The notes under the pieces were generated by a model. It had not been told where the DNA came from. It was given only the letters and a program-made list of their open reading frames with translations, and ran no database searches. A stretch of DNA of 60,198 bases, counting the filler, from Circinaria calcarea (taxonomy: Eukaryota), in NCBI GenBank assembly GCA_051942165.1. It is 7 parts of 7 records of this genome, joined end to end, with 100 filler letters (N's around TTAATTAATTAA, not from the genome) between each part and the next. Parts side by side here need not be neighbours in the genome. Positions count along the whole stretch, not along the records: positions 25,870 to 34,384 come from JAVECS010001098.1; positions 34,485 to 42,990 come from JAVECS010001099.1; 5 more parts are not named here. The stretch is one strand, 5' to 3'. The translations under genes were made by a program, and so were the position numbers. Below, one piece after another: positions 25,870 through 39,460 of this stretch (its first letter is position 1; every line of letters begins with the position of its first letter).

Positions 25870-28800
25870 ATTCGGTGTGTAAAATCAAAAGAGTGCTTTC
25901 TATTATCCTATCTCCGATGTGTAAATGTTCGGGTCCAGCCTTATCCACTCACTCGCGTCTCCCAAAAAGGTTTCGCAGGGTTCATGCTTGCTCTGCTGTG
26001 GTGCAAGATGCGCCCAATGGTCAAAACGATGCTGCCCAGGAAACAAAAACAGATATATGTGTACAGGTATCCGAATCCCCAAGTGACTGTGAAGTCCGAA
26101 AACGTCTATAAATGGTATCCTCCCAATGTCCGATCCCCGCCAATGTCTATGATTTGAACGCCGAAAAATGACAATTTTGTTGATACCGATGCAAGGAGAT
26201 TCGTGGCTGATGAACGAAGGGATGGAAAGTCGAAGAATGAAGTCGCTCCAGAAATGCAGACGCTAAATTTCGCTCGTCGTCGGTGTTGGTACAAAATGGT
26301 GGAATCGCAATGGGCGGTAGTGTTACAGGTGTCAAGGCAGCAGAAAACCGAAAAAAACTGATGTGAATAATGGTGGTGGTAATCGGGTCGAAATAAGGCA
26401 GAATCGGATGACGTGGTGCCTGCTGCAGGATTAGTCACTTCATGCACGGTAAATATAGATTGAATCGACTCACCTCGCCGAAAAGGGTCCTGCCTCCCCA
26501 GATCCATCTTCCAATCCTGGCTAGGCAACAAGCCAGTTATATTTGCGCGCCGAAGCACCTTGGCTTGGATCATTGTGACTGGAGAGGATCTGGGTACGGC
26601 GAGGCAACTATCTGCGCTATCGGGGCTTCGTTGGTGGTGGTTTGGGCTTGGGAACGCCCGTGGTGTCGTATGCGCCTCTGCCCATGTTGATTGAAGTGGT
26701 TTCTCGAGTGATCATAAAAGCGTCTGGGAAGCTGGGGTGGCGGGTCGGCGTTAGCCAAATGGTATGCAGGCAAGTCGATGGTGATGGTGATGATGGAGAA
26801 GGGGAAATTCTTGGGGCGAAAGTCGCATCTTATAGTGACTGGGCCTGCAGGCCTGTGTACGACTTACGTTAATAGTCCTAAGGCTGTGTCTGAGTCTTAC
26901 ACCATCTGAATCTCGTAATAAGAGGGCTGAATGTGTGCCACAGGGGGAACCGTTATGCAGGTCAGACGAATGGATTTGTACACCGTTATGTGGATATTCA
27001 GCTAGCTTTAAGGAATGCACCGACGTATCCAACTCAATTTCTCTTTTAGGCAGAATGAGCGATTTGGGGGCCTGTTTCGTATCGATCCTGCGATAGGTCT
27101 CTCTCCTATTGACTGGACATGGATGGATTTCTTTGATCGTAGGCGGCAGGTGGGTCGGAGGTTTGCCGGGAAGGAGAGGGTAGAGGAGTTGATATGTCGC
27201 ACGTAGCAGGCTACGGCAAGTGGACGTAAATAAAGGAGTTTGACTTGTCTAAGGGTTTGAGGTTTAGGAATGGAGTGAGGGCGGGATTGATATAAAAGCT
27301 GGTCGAGCATGCCGGTACCCCCCTTGGCCAGCCGAGACAAGAAAAAGTAGAGAGAGACAAGATTAGGTATTACTGGCTATCCCTTGGATCCCCGCCGGTG
27401 GAGAGAAATTGAGAGACTCCCCAAAACGAATAATACGGTACGGGTTGGGATCGCTTTGGGTGTAAGGTATGACGCAGACAGCAACGGCGGGACCAGGTCT
27501 ACTCCCGTCATGCCTGCCGCCTGTCTGTACGCAGACTACCTTTGGAATAATACCCAAACTACTCTACAGCGTTCAGTACCGTCGATGCCACCTGGAAAGG
27601 TTAGGCAGCGAACCCAGAGTCCCGGAAGAGATTATGAGCGCAAGCCTTCGTGCGACCTTGAACGTTTCAACCGATTTAGAGCAAGCCACTAATCCTTTGG
27701 GCGTGCAGGGTTTCTGGCGGATCGTGTACTGGATGTCAAGCTTCGAAAAAACTTCTCTTCTTTCATTTCACGGATCGCCAGAGAGCTCTTTACAGAGGGG
27801 CCACAGAACCCTGTCGCTCGGGTTTTCTGGGACCTGCACAAGCGTCAAAGCCTGATCGATTACTCGGGAAGCCACTGTACCAACGGATGCAGCATACCGG
27901 GGTCCGTGGTAAGACATATATATATGTATCAGCAAGGGCAGGGGTAAGGGGGCAAGCACAGAACGACAGGGTTGCGGGAAACGGATAAACGGTCATGCAG
28001 CCTGGATCCAATTAGGGTGTGCCGACAGTCAAGCAGAGGAATAATGATGATTAATGTTTGATAATTCTATTTCCGCCCATCAGGACCAGTCGGTGAGGAA
28101 TCCAATCGGGATGATAATTGTGACCATGGCCTCGGCGCCCAGCTTCAGCAGTGTAGGAAAGGAGATATCTCGTAATCACATTTACGATACATCATCTTAG
28201 CTCATTGTCGGTATACATGCCTTGAACGGGTAAAACGGGCTGATACGCCGATGAGTCACAATGCGCGGATTGTGACTTTCATCCCATCATCACAGCAATC
28301 GCCAAAGGATCTCATTCTTGGAGATTGAGTGAGGCCTCCTTTGGCCTCTGCCACGTGTGCGCCATATTTCTTTTTCGCCAAGGGTGGTCAGAGACGCTGC
28401 AACCACTATGGTACAATCCTGCCTTTCCACGCGCAGCGTCGCAAAGCCACCAGTCACATCCTCAGCCGGCATCCCGGAACCGTGGGCACCGGTAACCAAA
28501 TCCTGACCTTGGATCGTGCCGTAACCCTGTCGCTCGTTTGGAAACAAGATAGAAGACCAGGCTGATCGGACGGCTTCCCTGTCGAGCAAGGACTAGTCTG
28601 CCTTTCGCGGCGCCGCCACGTGTGGGCAGACTCCACCAAGGCTCTCGAGTCAAATTGGTATGACAGCTGCTGACAGGTGGGAGATGTATGCCTATTTCAT
28701 CATAGGCGTTCCGCAAAACCCACACACACCCAGTGAACTTGGGTTTGGGAGACAAACTACCGGAAGTATGAGTTCCAGACGCTGGGTCCTGGGAACTCTA

Positions 28801-30433
28801 AATCGACTTCTGACTTTCTCCACGGCTCGTGGATCGTGGATCGTGGATGGGGTTCCGGGAGAGTTGGTCACTATTCCCGTCTGTCCAGTCCTTAGGCGAG
28901 ATGGCAGCGGAAGCATCAAGCGCCTTCCGGACGTGAAGCCGGTAAGCGTTTAGCGCCTGGAGCGTGGCTTTGGTTGTGCTGCGGTCCCAAATTCTGCGCC
29001 CTCTGTAGCCTGTATCATCTGTATCAGCAGGCAACCATCAGGCAGGCAAGTGCGCAGTTCAGAAAGGAATCTTAGTCATGTCGGATTGTCCTGGATGACT
29101 GTATAGCTGTATACACCGCCCCAACCTTTGCGCGCAAACATCTCACAGGCGCCCAAGGCTGATGGGAGACCGTCGCAATTTCATGACTGTACTCATGTAT
29201 ACGCGGTGATACGAGGCGCATGTCGCTTGTAGACCGGGGCGTGGCTCTTCCTTGCTTTCCATGAGGTATCCCTACCGTCCAGGAGGCTCTAGTGCCCTGA
29301 AGGCACATGGCTGGTAAGGGGGGTTGGTAAGGGGCTGCGGATTCCTTCCCGGTGCATTAGCCCAAATGAAGAGCCGGATGAGATGCCTAGGTAGTGGTTC
29401 ATGCTAAGGGACCGGGTACAGGTTTGTAGATTCAGATAGATTCACGATTCACGATTCGGGCTTCTGCTTTGCCAGTCTCGGATCTCAAGTATTCCTTTCA
29501 ATGCGGTGGCTTCCTGCAGCCCAGCAACTCCCGAAAACCCTAGAGACTCGAACATGCAGCAGCCACGGGCAGGAGACACACTCTAAAAAGCAACCGTCAC
29601 GACCGAAGGAAGTGTACAGGCACTCTGTATGTACGTATTTTGCGCAGGTACCGTTGCAGTCGACGGCCTTTTCCGAGCCAACTAATCTCTACAACCAACA
29701 CGCTTTGCCCGCTATTAGACTCGTGTACCGAGTCAGACCCTTAAAATCCAGCAATTGATCCTTGTACCCTGTACCACGAGATGTTTGGTCACTATCCATA
29801 ATACCATACGACACGAATGGCAAGCCTCTCCGATTGTTGCACACGTCTGAGTACTTCCCGTCTGGAAGGACGAGTGTTTGATTGCCTCTGAAACACGACG
29901 GGAAGATCGGGAAAGGTCACCTCGGAAAGATCGCAGTTCATCCGATGACACCAATAATTAATTTCACAGCTACTCCGTACCTTGGAGGCTTCAAACTCCA
30001 GCCGCCGGAGTACTGATAAAGTGAAGACGAGCTTTCAGTCCAGTCAAATCTGACGAGGCTATCCGTAACTCTGCCTCGATATTCCTTAAGAGACAAGTTG
30101 ATGTAGTGAGGAGGATGTCTTGCGATAATCATAGTAACCCGGTGGTTCATGACTCTCTTGAACGACGAGATGGTATTCCGTACTTTAGTACTAATTGTAA
30201 AACTATGGTGGACAAGGCAAAAGAGAGGGCTACGGTTCCTTACCTCTTGAGCCTCGCTTAAGGCTTGGAACTACCATAGCGTTTCCATATTCCGAGTATA
30301 TACCTACCAACTTCCAAGTAGAGTATCTCGCAAAAACTCCGTTATCTGTACCGTAACCCTTCATCTCCTTCACAAGAATTCCGAAGATCCAATAATTGTC
30401 TCTCCCTCAAAACCGCCATCAGCCCATCCCACC

Positions 30434-31199
30434 ATGGCCGTGAACTGGCGAACCATAAACATCGACATCCTCGACCCCGAATCATCCGCCAACTTTGACA
30501 TCACCTCTCTTACGCCCTCATTACCTCCTATATCAACAGCAGAAGTCCAATCCCTCTCCTCGAAAATAAAACAATCCCTCCGGGGTGGAGATGCAGAAGG
30601 TGCACTGAGGGGAGCACTGGAGAATGCGCCGTATGGAGGGGATAGTGGGGCAAAGGTATAGACAGCTTCTTTCAGTTTGCACTTCTTGTGCGGAAGCGCA
30701 TATGAGGAATCTGAATCCTGGGGTAGTCTATGAGCAGTGGAATAAGAGGGAATCAGTGGAAGTCTAACAGGTCCGTACAACTAGGAAGTCCACCTAGCTA
30801 CCGTCGTCGAAATCCTCCAATCCATAAAACAATCAGACATGTCACCAATGCTCGGCCGGATATACAGCTCCGAAGGTGGCACCGAAGCGCTAGATGTCTT
30901 GATGAAATACCTGTAAACCTCTCCCTTCTCCACACTCTTCCCCCTTCCCTCCTCTTGGCTAACCTCCCTCCCCCGAGCCTCACAGATACAAAGGCATGTC
31001 TCATTCCTCGCAATCCACCGCCGCCTCCTCCCGCACCATATCACCGCAACCAACCGGGTTCTCGCAGGTACATTCCCGAGGAGGCGGGGAAGGGGGTGGC
31101 CAGGCCATGAGTGTATTGTTGAGTTGGCATGAGAAGTGTGTGGAGATTGCGGGGTTGGGGAGCGTGGTGAGGGTTATGACAGATCGGAGGACGGTGTGA
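30434..31199 (+). CDS. ARC15: Arp2/3 complex 16 kDa subunit (ARPC5), 3 exons
   Basis: MAVNWRTINIDILDPES...ALENAPYG / EVHLATVVEIL...DVLMKYL / YKGM...MSVLLSWHEKCVEIAGLGSVVRVMTDRRTV*. Confidence 0.95.
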
Positions 31200-31825
31200 T
31201 GAAAGGAAACACCGCGGTCGGGGATGGGGGCGGAGATTTGGGGGCGCCATGATCTTATGGATAAAGGAAACGGGGAGGGGCCTACGGTATACAAAGCCTA
31301 TTGATTGTAACGATGGACTTGTGTATAACACTCCGTCTAAAATCGCTCGTCACGCATCCGTCGATTGCGAAGTCATGGTGGGAGAGATCTATAACGGAGT
31401 TTTCAGTTGAGAATCATCTACTCGATGGCACCACATCTATGAAGCTACTTTATTTCAGACCCCATTCTTCTCAACCAACCGCGTATCTCTCAAATCGGGT
31501 TGACCGACACGAACCGCTGTCAACTTTACAGTATCCCTCTAGAATAAACACCGTGGTGATGATCAGAAGCCATGATGGCCCTCTTCCTTTTCAATGACAC
31601 TCCTCAACACTTCCACGTTTATATCTTTCGTGTCTCGAGCTCTCAGCAGCTCCCTTTCCCGGTGTTAATCGAGTCTTAACCTATCATAGAAGCGAACCTC
31701 TTCAGCCAAAAATCCTTGAAATTAATCACTCAGTGATGGTTGGCATGCATACCTTATGCTTGGTGGGCCTTATGGAGAAGTTTGATTTGAGTTATAAAAT
31801 CTTAAAAAGCGGAGCGACTCCTCAC

Positions 31826-32945
31826 TCATTTCTCCTTGATACCCCCTCCACCTTCAAGAATATCTTTGATATTGATTTGCCCACTCCCTCTCTCCAATGG
31901 CTGGGGCTGGCCCTCCCCTTCCTTCCATCCAATCATATATATCATCCGAAAGGTAGCTGGTAAGGTCCCGTCTTCGTTTCCATGCAGCTCTCTATATATT
32001 CCTTCGTTCGCTAATAGGACGTCTCGCTGTATTGCACCCATCTCCCTACCAAGCACAGCGTTCGATTCTCCCATAGCTTGCAAATCCATCATCAAGGCGA
32101 ACGTGGATGGATAATCGACGATAATGTCGTCCACGTCGACCGTCAACATCTTGAAGCCAGCCTTCCCCAACAATCCTCCTACGTCTCGAACGTCTGCAAG
32201 GGGGGAAACATGGGTAGAGACTCCGCCCCGCCGGTCGAGATCGGCGAGCTGGAGAGAGGTTCGAAGCTCAAAGAGGGTATCGCCGCCGAACATGGCTGCT
32301 ATGAACGGTGCATCCGGTTTCAACACCCGGTTGATTTGTGACAGCACCGAAGGGAGGTTATTGATCCAGTGAAGGGAAAGAGAGGAGAGAACGGCGTCAA
32401 AGGTGTTTTCGTCATATGGGAGAAACTCTTCATCCTGGAGAACTTCGCGAGTTATTGAAATGGAGGAGTTGAAAGGGAGATCGGCATCGCGATAGAGGAG
32501 GGTGCCGGAGGAGTCGGCGGCAGTAAGGTGGGAGAGGCGGGTTGAGAGAGGGAGAGAGTCGAGTTTAGAAGGGTCAGGATCTGGATTGGGTTTCGTGAGG
32601 ACGTGAGCGATATTGCAGGCATTGGCACCAAGGTCGAGGACGTGTGGGAAATGGCGATTTATATCCTGTCCGGTGATGTTAGTGTAAGGAGGAATGGGGC
32701 CCTTGGGTTGGTGAGCTCACGAGCAACCTTTCGCATAACCTTGAGGCGACTTCTTCTTTGAGATAGTCTACCTTTCTGCTATTCTCAACGTCTGTTGCGG
32801 CACGTTCTTTCTGGAGGAATTTGGTGTTGCGGTTGAAGACCTGGAGCATAGGTGCTCCAGGGGCTTGAATTGCATATCCCTGGGAAGGACAGCGCCGCCT
32901 GATAGCAGGCGGAGACAAGAAAGGCCTTAGAGAGAACGACTTCAT
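31826..32945 (-). CDS. NDUFAF5: Mitochondrial complex I assembly factor NDUFAF5 (SAM-dependent methyltransferase fold), 2 exons
   Basis: VFNRNTKFLQKERAA...DYLKEEVASRLCERLL / DINRHFPHVLDLGANAC...LHWINNLP...GGDTLFELRTSLQLA...ATFRMIYMIGWK. Confidence 0.92.
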
Positions 32946-33149
32946 ATTAAATCAATCGATCACATGACATCCAGCCCTGGGATGATCTGATGGCGTGGAC
33001 TATAACATGATGTACGGCCGTAATCTACAGGAAGAGGGCATCCTCCCAGTTCCTATATTCGATGACGCTGATCAACATTTATAGTGCCGAAGATCAACCG
33101 TGGCGCGTCATGTCCCGCTACCATGGGCTCGCTGTCAATATTGGTGACA

Positions 33150-34384
33150 ATGTCTTTTCCATACAGCTACTTCAGCTGCCCATGCACAAGTTCATCAGCT
33201 ACAACGACCGTATCTGCAGGCGAGGTAGATGATGAAGCTGAGGAAGAGAAAACCTTTGACCCCAGGTCCCCGCGCACCAACTTCTCGCTTTACCCCCTAG
33301 ATCAAATGCTTTGGTGTGAAGATTGCCATGAAATCCGTTGCATGAGATGTACCGTTGAGGAGATTGTGTGCTGGTATTGTCCCAGTTGTCTTTTTGAGGT
33401 TGCCAGTAGTATGGTGAAGAGCGAGGGGAATAGGTAGGTAAGCTGGATCTTGATTCTTTCTTTCTCGTGTGGGCACGCAGCCGGTTTCTCTTCAGGGGAC
33501 TACTTGATTACGTTCTTTGATCTAAACGTGTCTATGCTTCTGCTATAACTTGCGATGGGGCTAATGAATATAGATGCACGAGGAACTGTTTCAATTGCCC
33601 AATATGCACGGCACCTATGTCTGTCAATACCCTCGATACTGAAAATGGTGGTGGGCCTTGGATACTGGCTTGCGAATACTGCCATTGGACTTCACTTGAT
33701 ATCGGGATTGAGTTTCAGAGGTCGAACAATATCTTCGGACAATTGTTGAAGCTCAAACATGGTGGTACATCCCAGACACCCTCAAAGCATCCAACATCAC
33801 TGGAACTCTCTATCGATGCGGCCCGAAGTCGAGATATAGATTCCCGCTTCGCATCCCTCAAATCCTTCTACACCGCCCAGCTGGCTCAGACAAGCTCCGC
33901 CAATCCTCTTATGAGCCCCTCCGGTGAATTCAATTACAATTCTCCCAGTAGTCTCGCGCGTATCATGAGCCTGTACACAGGACAAGCATCATACGGAAAG
34001 CAATCCAGCAGCAAACCTGGTCCCATGCGAGAAAGCGCAAATGTTTCCGAAGGTCTCCAAGTCCTCAATGCCGCATCCGAAGAAGCAGAAATTGCAAAGC
34101 TCCGTGATGTAGGATGGCAAGGCACCACAAGCATCCCCCAACAGACCGAACAGAAGCACACTCCCAGATTTATAACCAACCTCCACCCCGTACCCACCCT
34201 CCTCCGCACCAAAAGAAGCAAAAGATGCCGAGCCTGCAAACACATTCTCGCAAAACCAGAAGCCAAGGTCCAAAGCACAAGATACAAGATCAAACTCACC
34301 GCAAACAACTACATCCCCAGCATGACCCTCAAACCCCTCTCAACACCCGTTTCGTCATCCTCCCGATCCCCCACCGCCCTCGAC
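33150..34384 (+). CDS. Dynactin p62 subunit (DCTN4), 3' truncated by contig edge
   Basis: FDPRSPRTNFSLYPL..WCEDCHEIRCMRC...YCPSCLFEV...GNR / CTRNCFNCPIC...LACEYCHWTS...LRTKRSKRCRACKHILAKPE. Confidence 0.92.
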
Positions 34385-34484
34385 NNNNNNNNNNNNNNNN
34401 NNNNNNNNNNNNNNNNNNNNNNNNNNNNTTAATTAATTAANNNNNNNNNNNNNNNNNNNNNNNNNNNNNNNNNNNNNNNNNNNN
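34385..34484. other. Artificial contig-joining spacer
   Basis: N44-TTAATTAATTAA-N44. Confidence 0.98.
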
Positions 34485-35500
34485 TTTGTGACAATATCAA
34501 CAAGGTCAGACTTGCAGGAAGCAGCTGTCACAGGCCACAATCCCAGGCGAAGCAGCTCTTTCATGTAGACGCCGATGCGAACGCTATCGCATTCGGAGAA
34601 ATGGCGCCGCCTATGGGGATTCGACGCGCCACCAGAGTCTCGGAGTATGCCGAGCTTCGGACATGCAGGTGCCATAGGTTTCTTCAAGAGAGGCGCGATG
34701 ATCTTCTCGATCTTTTTTAGCAATTGCCGCTTTAGTCCGTCTTCCACAGCTTTGATGGTTTCTAAAAGCGATTAGAACAGCAGAGATGGATACATGAATA
34801 GAGATGGCTTATTAGTACATAGCTTACTGAATAGGCCATCAGGTAGTAGCGACCACGAGTAATCCGAAATCCCGTAGGCCATACCCTCATCGTCTTCCTG
34901 ATGGAGCGAGTAAACCATGTGACGTGTCAATCTCCGAAACCCCACTGCATTATTTAAGAGATATGTAACACTCAGCAACTGGGCTTGGTTAGGCTTCTTC
35001 TTACCAATCCTCTGGCTAAGGCAATGTCCACTCCAATAACGCAAGCTTGGAGCACAGTCATATTTATCTGCGGTTATGGCAAGTCTTTCGAGAAACACGT
35101 CTATTCGGTTGGTGCTGACGCTCTGAGATTGATGATGGAGGAGGTTGCACAAGGCTTCCATGGCTTCTGGGTCATCTTCAGGCAGAGGTATATGACGAAG
35201 CTCATTGTCCAAAGGAGGTACGCTTCCCTCTATGAAGTTTAAGCTGAACATGGCTTTCCAGACCTTCGAGGACAATGTCAGGATCTTTGAAGAGACTCGG
35301 AGTTCGATATCTTTCAGCTGTAAAAGGACATCCCCTTCGGGATCGATATCAACTCTCCTTTTGCTGCTGGTGACTTGCATATTCATGATCGCGAGTGCAC
35401 CCATGATTGCCACAGAACGTTGGAAGCAGGTACTGCCTGCTATCGGAGGTGGTGTAGTAGGTGGCAAGTCGGTCCAAGGCGTTTGAAAGCCTTTGACCAT
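34485..35500 (-). CDS. BTB/POZ-domain protein (3' truncated; start uncertain)
   Basis: DIDPEGDVLL...LRVSSKILTLSSKVWKAMF...LPEDDPEAMEALCNLLH...LAITADKYDC; second exon with LRLGLWP. Confidence 0.85.
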
Positions 35501-36898
35501 TTCTGACACCGACGATGCTAAGATCTTCCAGAATGCCTTCAGAACGCGCCGAAGCGGGAGGTGACGCGTGCGGTCTCACCTTTTCGATCAAACCCTAGCC
35601 GCAAGTGAAATTACCATATCTCTAGCTTGAGGTGGTATATCTATTTCAGGAAAGACAGATTTCCTCCCGGCGAGCAGATATGTAGAGGCAGAGCTGTGCT
35701 CGATGATATAGGTTTTCGTTGAACTATACTTCTTTCGCTTCTTTCATGCATGTTTTTTGATGAAGTGTTTTCAAAATTTGTCCAAAACAAGTACATTGCT
35801 GTCGAAAGACGTGAACCAGGAATCCACTGGTTCACTTGGCACCAGTGATTATCAACGGTGAATGAACACAAAGATTATTATCACTCCTATTACCCTGTAC
35901 TCCGTATGCAGCAGCATGATTGACGTTACGCTCACGTAGTGAGACTTTTCTCCAACAAGACTGAAAGAAGTGAAAAACCGCTAAGTGAGTCCCTGAGCTG
36001 AGCTGTTACATACAATGCTGGTTTACATCTCAGCTCGAAAGGTTTGCCATAGTTCTTCTAGCTACCGGGAAGGCAAGTAATTGTTTTCACCCCGGCAAAC
36101 CTGCTTGGGCCTTCTCTGCCGATCCGTTGGCAATCCATTATGGGAGCGTTAATTCTCTCCTCATCAAACACGATGTGGACACCCGTGGTATCCTGATTTC
36201 CAGTCATGCAAAGTCACACCGTGTCTAAGACGTTCAAAGTCATCCCCAACTGTCCGGAGCGAACGAATGGAGCGAGCATTCATTAAATGTCAATACTAAT
36301 CCGACCAAACTCCCTCCTCCCCTCCTAATACCACACCGCATACCACCTGAACCTTCAGTCTATCCATACTGGAGAATCATTCCGCTTACTTAAAGACCGC
36401 TTCCCAGTCTTAGGATTTCGACGACGAAGAATTTGATTTGACCATGCTCGCTCTTGATCTTTCCTTGCTACACCAAGGCAGCTGATCGCCCTATGGCGAG
36501 GTCCTCCACCCTTGGCAAACTGGAATCAAACGGAACCGTCATTGATAAATTTGGCCTGTTTGCAAACCCGAGGCAGGTTGAGAGCTAATTGTTCACAGCT
36601 CCGGCTAACATCAGGTTAGTTTGGTCTCCATGGAAGGTGTCGGTCAGCATTCGTCTTATTTCTTCAAAGTGGTATTTGTAAGCAAAAGTACTGTCATATG
36701 ACTCACGGGTCTATACGATTTTCGAGAATGAGGATGGTGATTTCAACAATGGTATATAGCATGCGAACAGTCTTTCGGCGCTGTATACATCATGGTACAA
36801 TATACATCAAAAGCCAGCCATTCAAATCGTCAATTTTGGGCGAAAAAACGCATAATGTAAATGAACCATAACCTCCCGGTCATATCCTTATACAGCCT

Positions 36899-39230
36899 CT
36901 ACCAACTCTCCCATTTTTGCCCTCCCATAGCTATCAAGCGGTTGAATAACTCGTCTCTCAGCGGTACAGCGGTAATCTTATACACCTCTCCTCCCTTGGT
37001 TACAATTTCCAGTCCGTCCGAAACCTGCCTATCGGTTGCCCATCCTACTACCAACTTGGCCTTCCATCCTAACCCGCCCACTTTTTTCAGTTCCTGAATC
37101 TCTTCCACAGGTATACTCCACAACGGCGTATCTTTCCCTGTATCCAGCAATTGCCCAGAGCCCTCACTCGAACTCTTGCGAAACGACACAGATGTGACGG
37201 AAGCAGAAGTGGAGAGGATAACGTGACCTTTCTTGCCTTTGTAGCGGGCAACGAAGTCGACCGGACCAGATGTGAACTGCTCATCCGCTTTAGGGAGAAT
37301 GCCAAGATGGTTTTTGGCGTCTTCAGAGCCGACCGTGGCGCGGACTTTATCGACACTGAGTTTGGTCTCGACCCCGGTTTTAGTCGTACCTTTGAGAAAA
37401 GCGAGGACGCGCGACCCGTGGTGATGTTTGGGCTGCTTCTGAGCTAAAGCATCTGTGGCGGGTGGGTCTGGTGGGTTCGCATGTATTGCCTCATGAACCT
37501 CTTCCTTCGAGGCGTCCAAGGTAAGGGCATCATGGTTAAGAGACTTGGGCTCATCTGGTGGAGGTTGGTCTGATCTTGGAGGAGGCGGAAGAGGTGCTTT
37601 GTTCGCTTCGCCGATGCGAAGAAGGGTAATGGTAAGTTGAGCATTTGTTGGAACTCCTCTGAGGATGGTACTGTGAATCATCACTCAACATGGAGAAATG
37701 GACCCGAAAATGCCGTTACTTACTTCCTAAGCTCTAAGAGCTTTTGCCAATTCGGAAATTTGCGATTAAGGTAGGAGGCAGCCCGCCAGATGACAGGATC
37801 ACCAAAGAAACCAAATCCGACAAGAAATGTTGTTTGTTTCATGAACATAGCGGAAGTAGTAAAAATGGATATGACAACCGCGGGCACAAGGAGCGCAGCT
37901 AATTTCCTTCGAGGTTTATCTTCTGGGAACGGCGGAGTTGGCGAAAGGGCGCTGTGATATAATCAACATTGGTCCTCCGTTTTTTTAGGTTAACAATATT
38001 CTACTTTGCAAATCGCTCCCAGCCATCAGAAATCTCACCAATAACATGCATTACTGGCCTCATTCTCGTCCACATAGCATCCTGCATTGGTTGCTTCGTC
38101 TTGTCGTGTTCTGGTCTTGAGCTACCAGAAGCCGAGTCTTTTGCATCAGACCCTGATAGAGCCAGTTGCGTTGGGTCAGGTACTGATTTATTAATTGAAT
38201 CTGACTCTGGATCGCCCTGCTCGTGTTTTCCTGTGGCGCTGCTAAGAGCAATGGATGCAAAACTCGAAACAAAGTTGGTGGCTTCCTGCTCCACGGCTTC
38301 TCCCCGGTGTCTTTCGGGCGCGCCTGTGAGACTGTCATGGCTACCAAGTACCCCAGCTCTTGGTGACTGTATTCCACCAGTTTTCGAGTTCACCAACGCC
38401 AAGGGCGCAGGAGGAAACATAATTGTGCGGGAAGGCGGGTATACAATGAGTACAATCACCGTTGTGAACAAAAGAGGCATGATAAAATTGAATGCCCAAG
38501 CAAAGAAGTATGCCTACACGTACGTTAGACTCCCTTTAAGCATCAGATACGTATGACTTACCGCCATGAATGCTGCTGTGCGCCGGGGTTCCCTCCACGA
38601 CCGCAAACGAGCAATCTGCTTCCCAAATCCAGTCAGGCCGATGATTACCGTCATGTATAGTCGCTCAATGTTGGCGCGTAGCTTATCCGGTGAGAACTCA
38701 TCCTCCTGAGCAACTTCAAGATCGAGACCTCCGGGAGGAACGACAGTAGTCGCCTTGACATGGTACATTTGCTATTTGAGGGCCATTAGCCAAACTCGTC
38801 AATTGTTGCATATCTCGTACTTTGTTGAAACGTCTGACAAGCATCCATAGCTCTTCATTTGGCAAACCGCCGACCAAAGGCGCCGGAACATGCTCAGGAG
38901 ACTCATTCCATCCCAGATCCTTCACCTCCGGTTCAGAATGATTTAGTTGCGCCGAACCCTTCACTTCATGATCGGCTTCAGCAAGAGCATGGCTGTCTGT
39001 CGCCGCATTTAATGTCGATTTACTTGAATTGGGAGTGTTGAGCGTGGAACTGCTTGGCGTGGAAAACTGGCGCGTATCTTGGGAGGCGGGGGACCCAACT
39101 TGTTCAGGGGGAAGATCTGAGTCGGGAATTGGCCCTCCATCTCGGAACACATAGCTGCGATAGATATTAAAATTAGCGGTTGAATGTTACAAAAGTATCA
39201 AGATGTTGGCTCGTACCCCGGCGCTGGCAT
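36899..39230 (-). CDS. DUF3292-family membrane protein, multi-exon
   Basis: DLGWNE...PLVGGLPNEELWMLVRRFNK / MYHVKA...DEFSPDKLRANIERLY / ...DGWERFA / ...ELFNRLIAMGGQKWESW*. 14-nt first exon (MPAPG) spliced via intron 39155-39216. Confidence 0.85.
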
Positions 39231-39460
39231 TTTGTATGTTCTGATTGTATTCGGTTGAGCACTGGAGAGCCCTTTGAATACAGGGCGAGGCCAAGAAACT
39301 GCCACTACGTCACACTAGTCGTTCAGGGATATAGGCGAGATCCCTGCACTGTGCACGGACATCAGAGCATGTGATGTGGGAGAGGCATAAAACTGGGGAA
39401 TTTCATCCTCGGTATCGAAAGTAAATATTGCGCTCCCGACCGGTGACACAACATCTAGCC

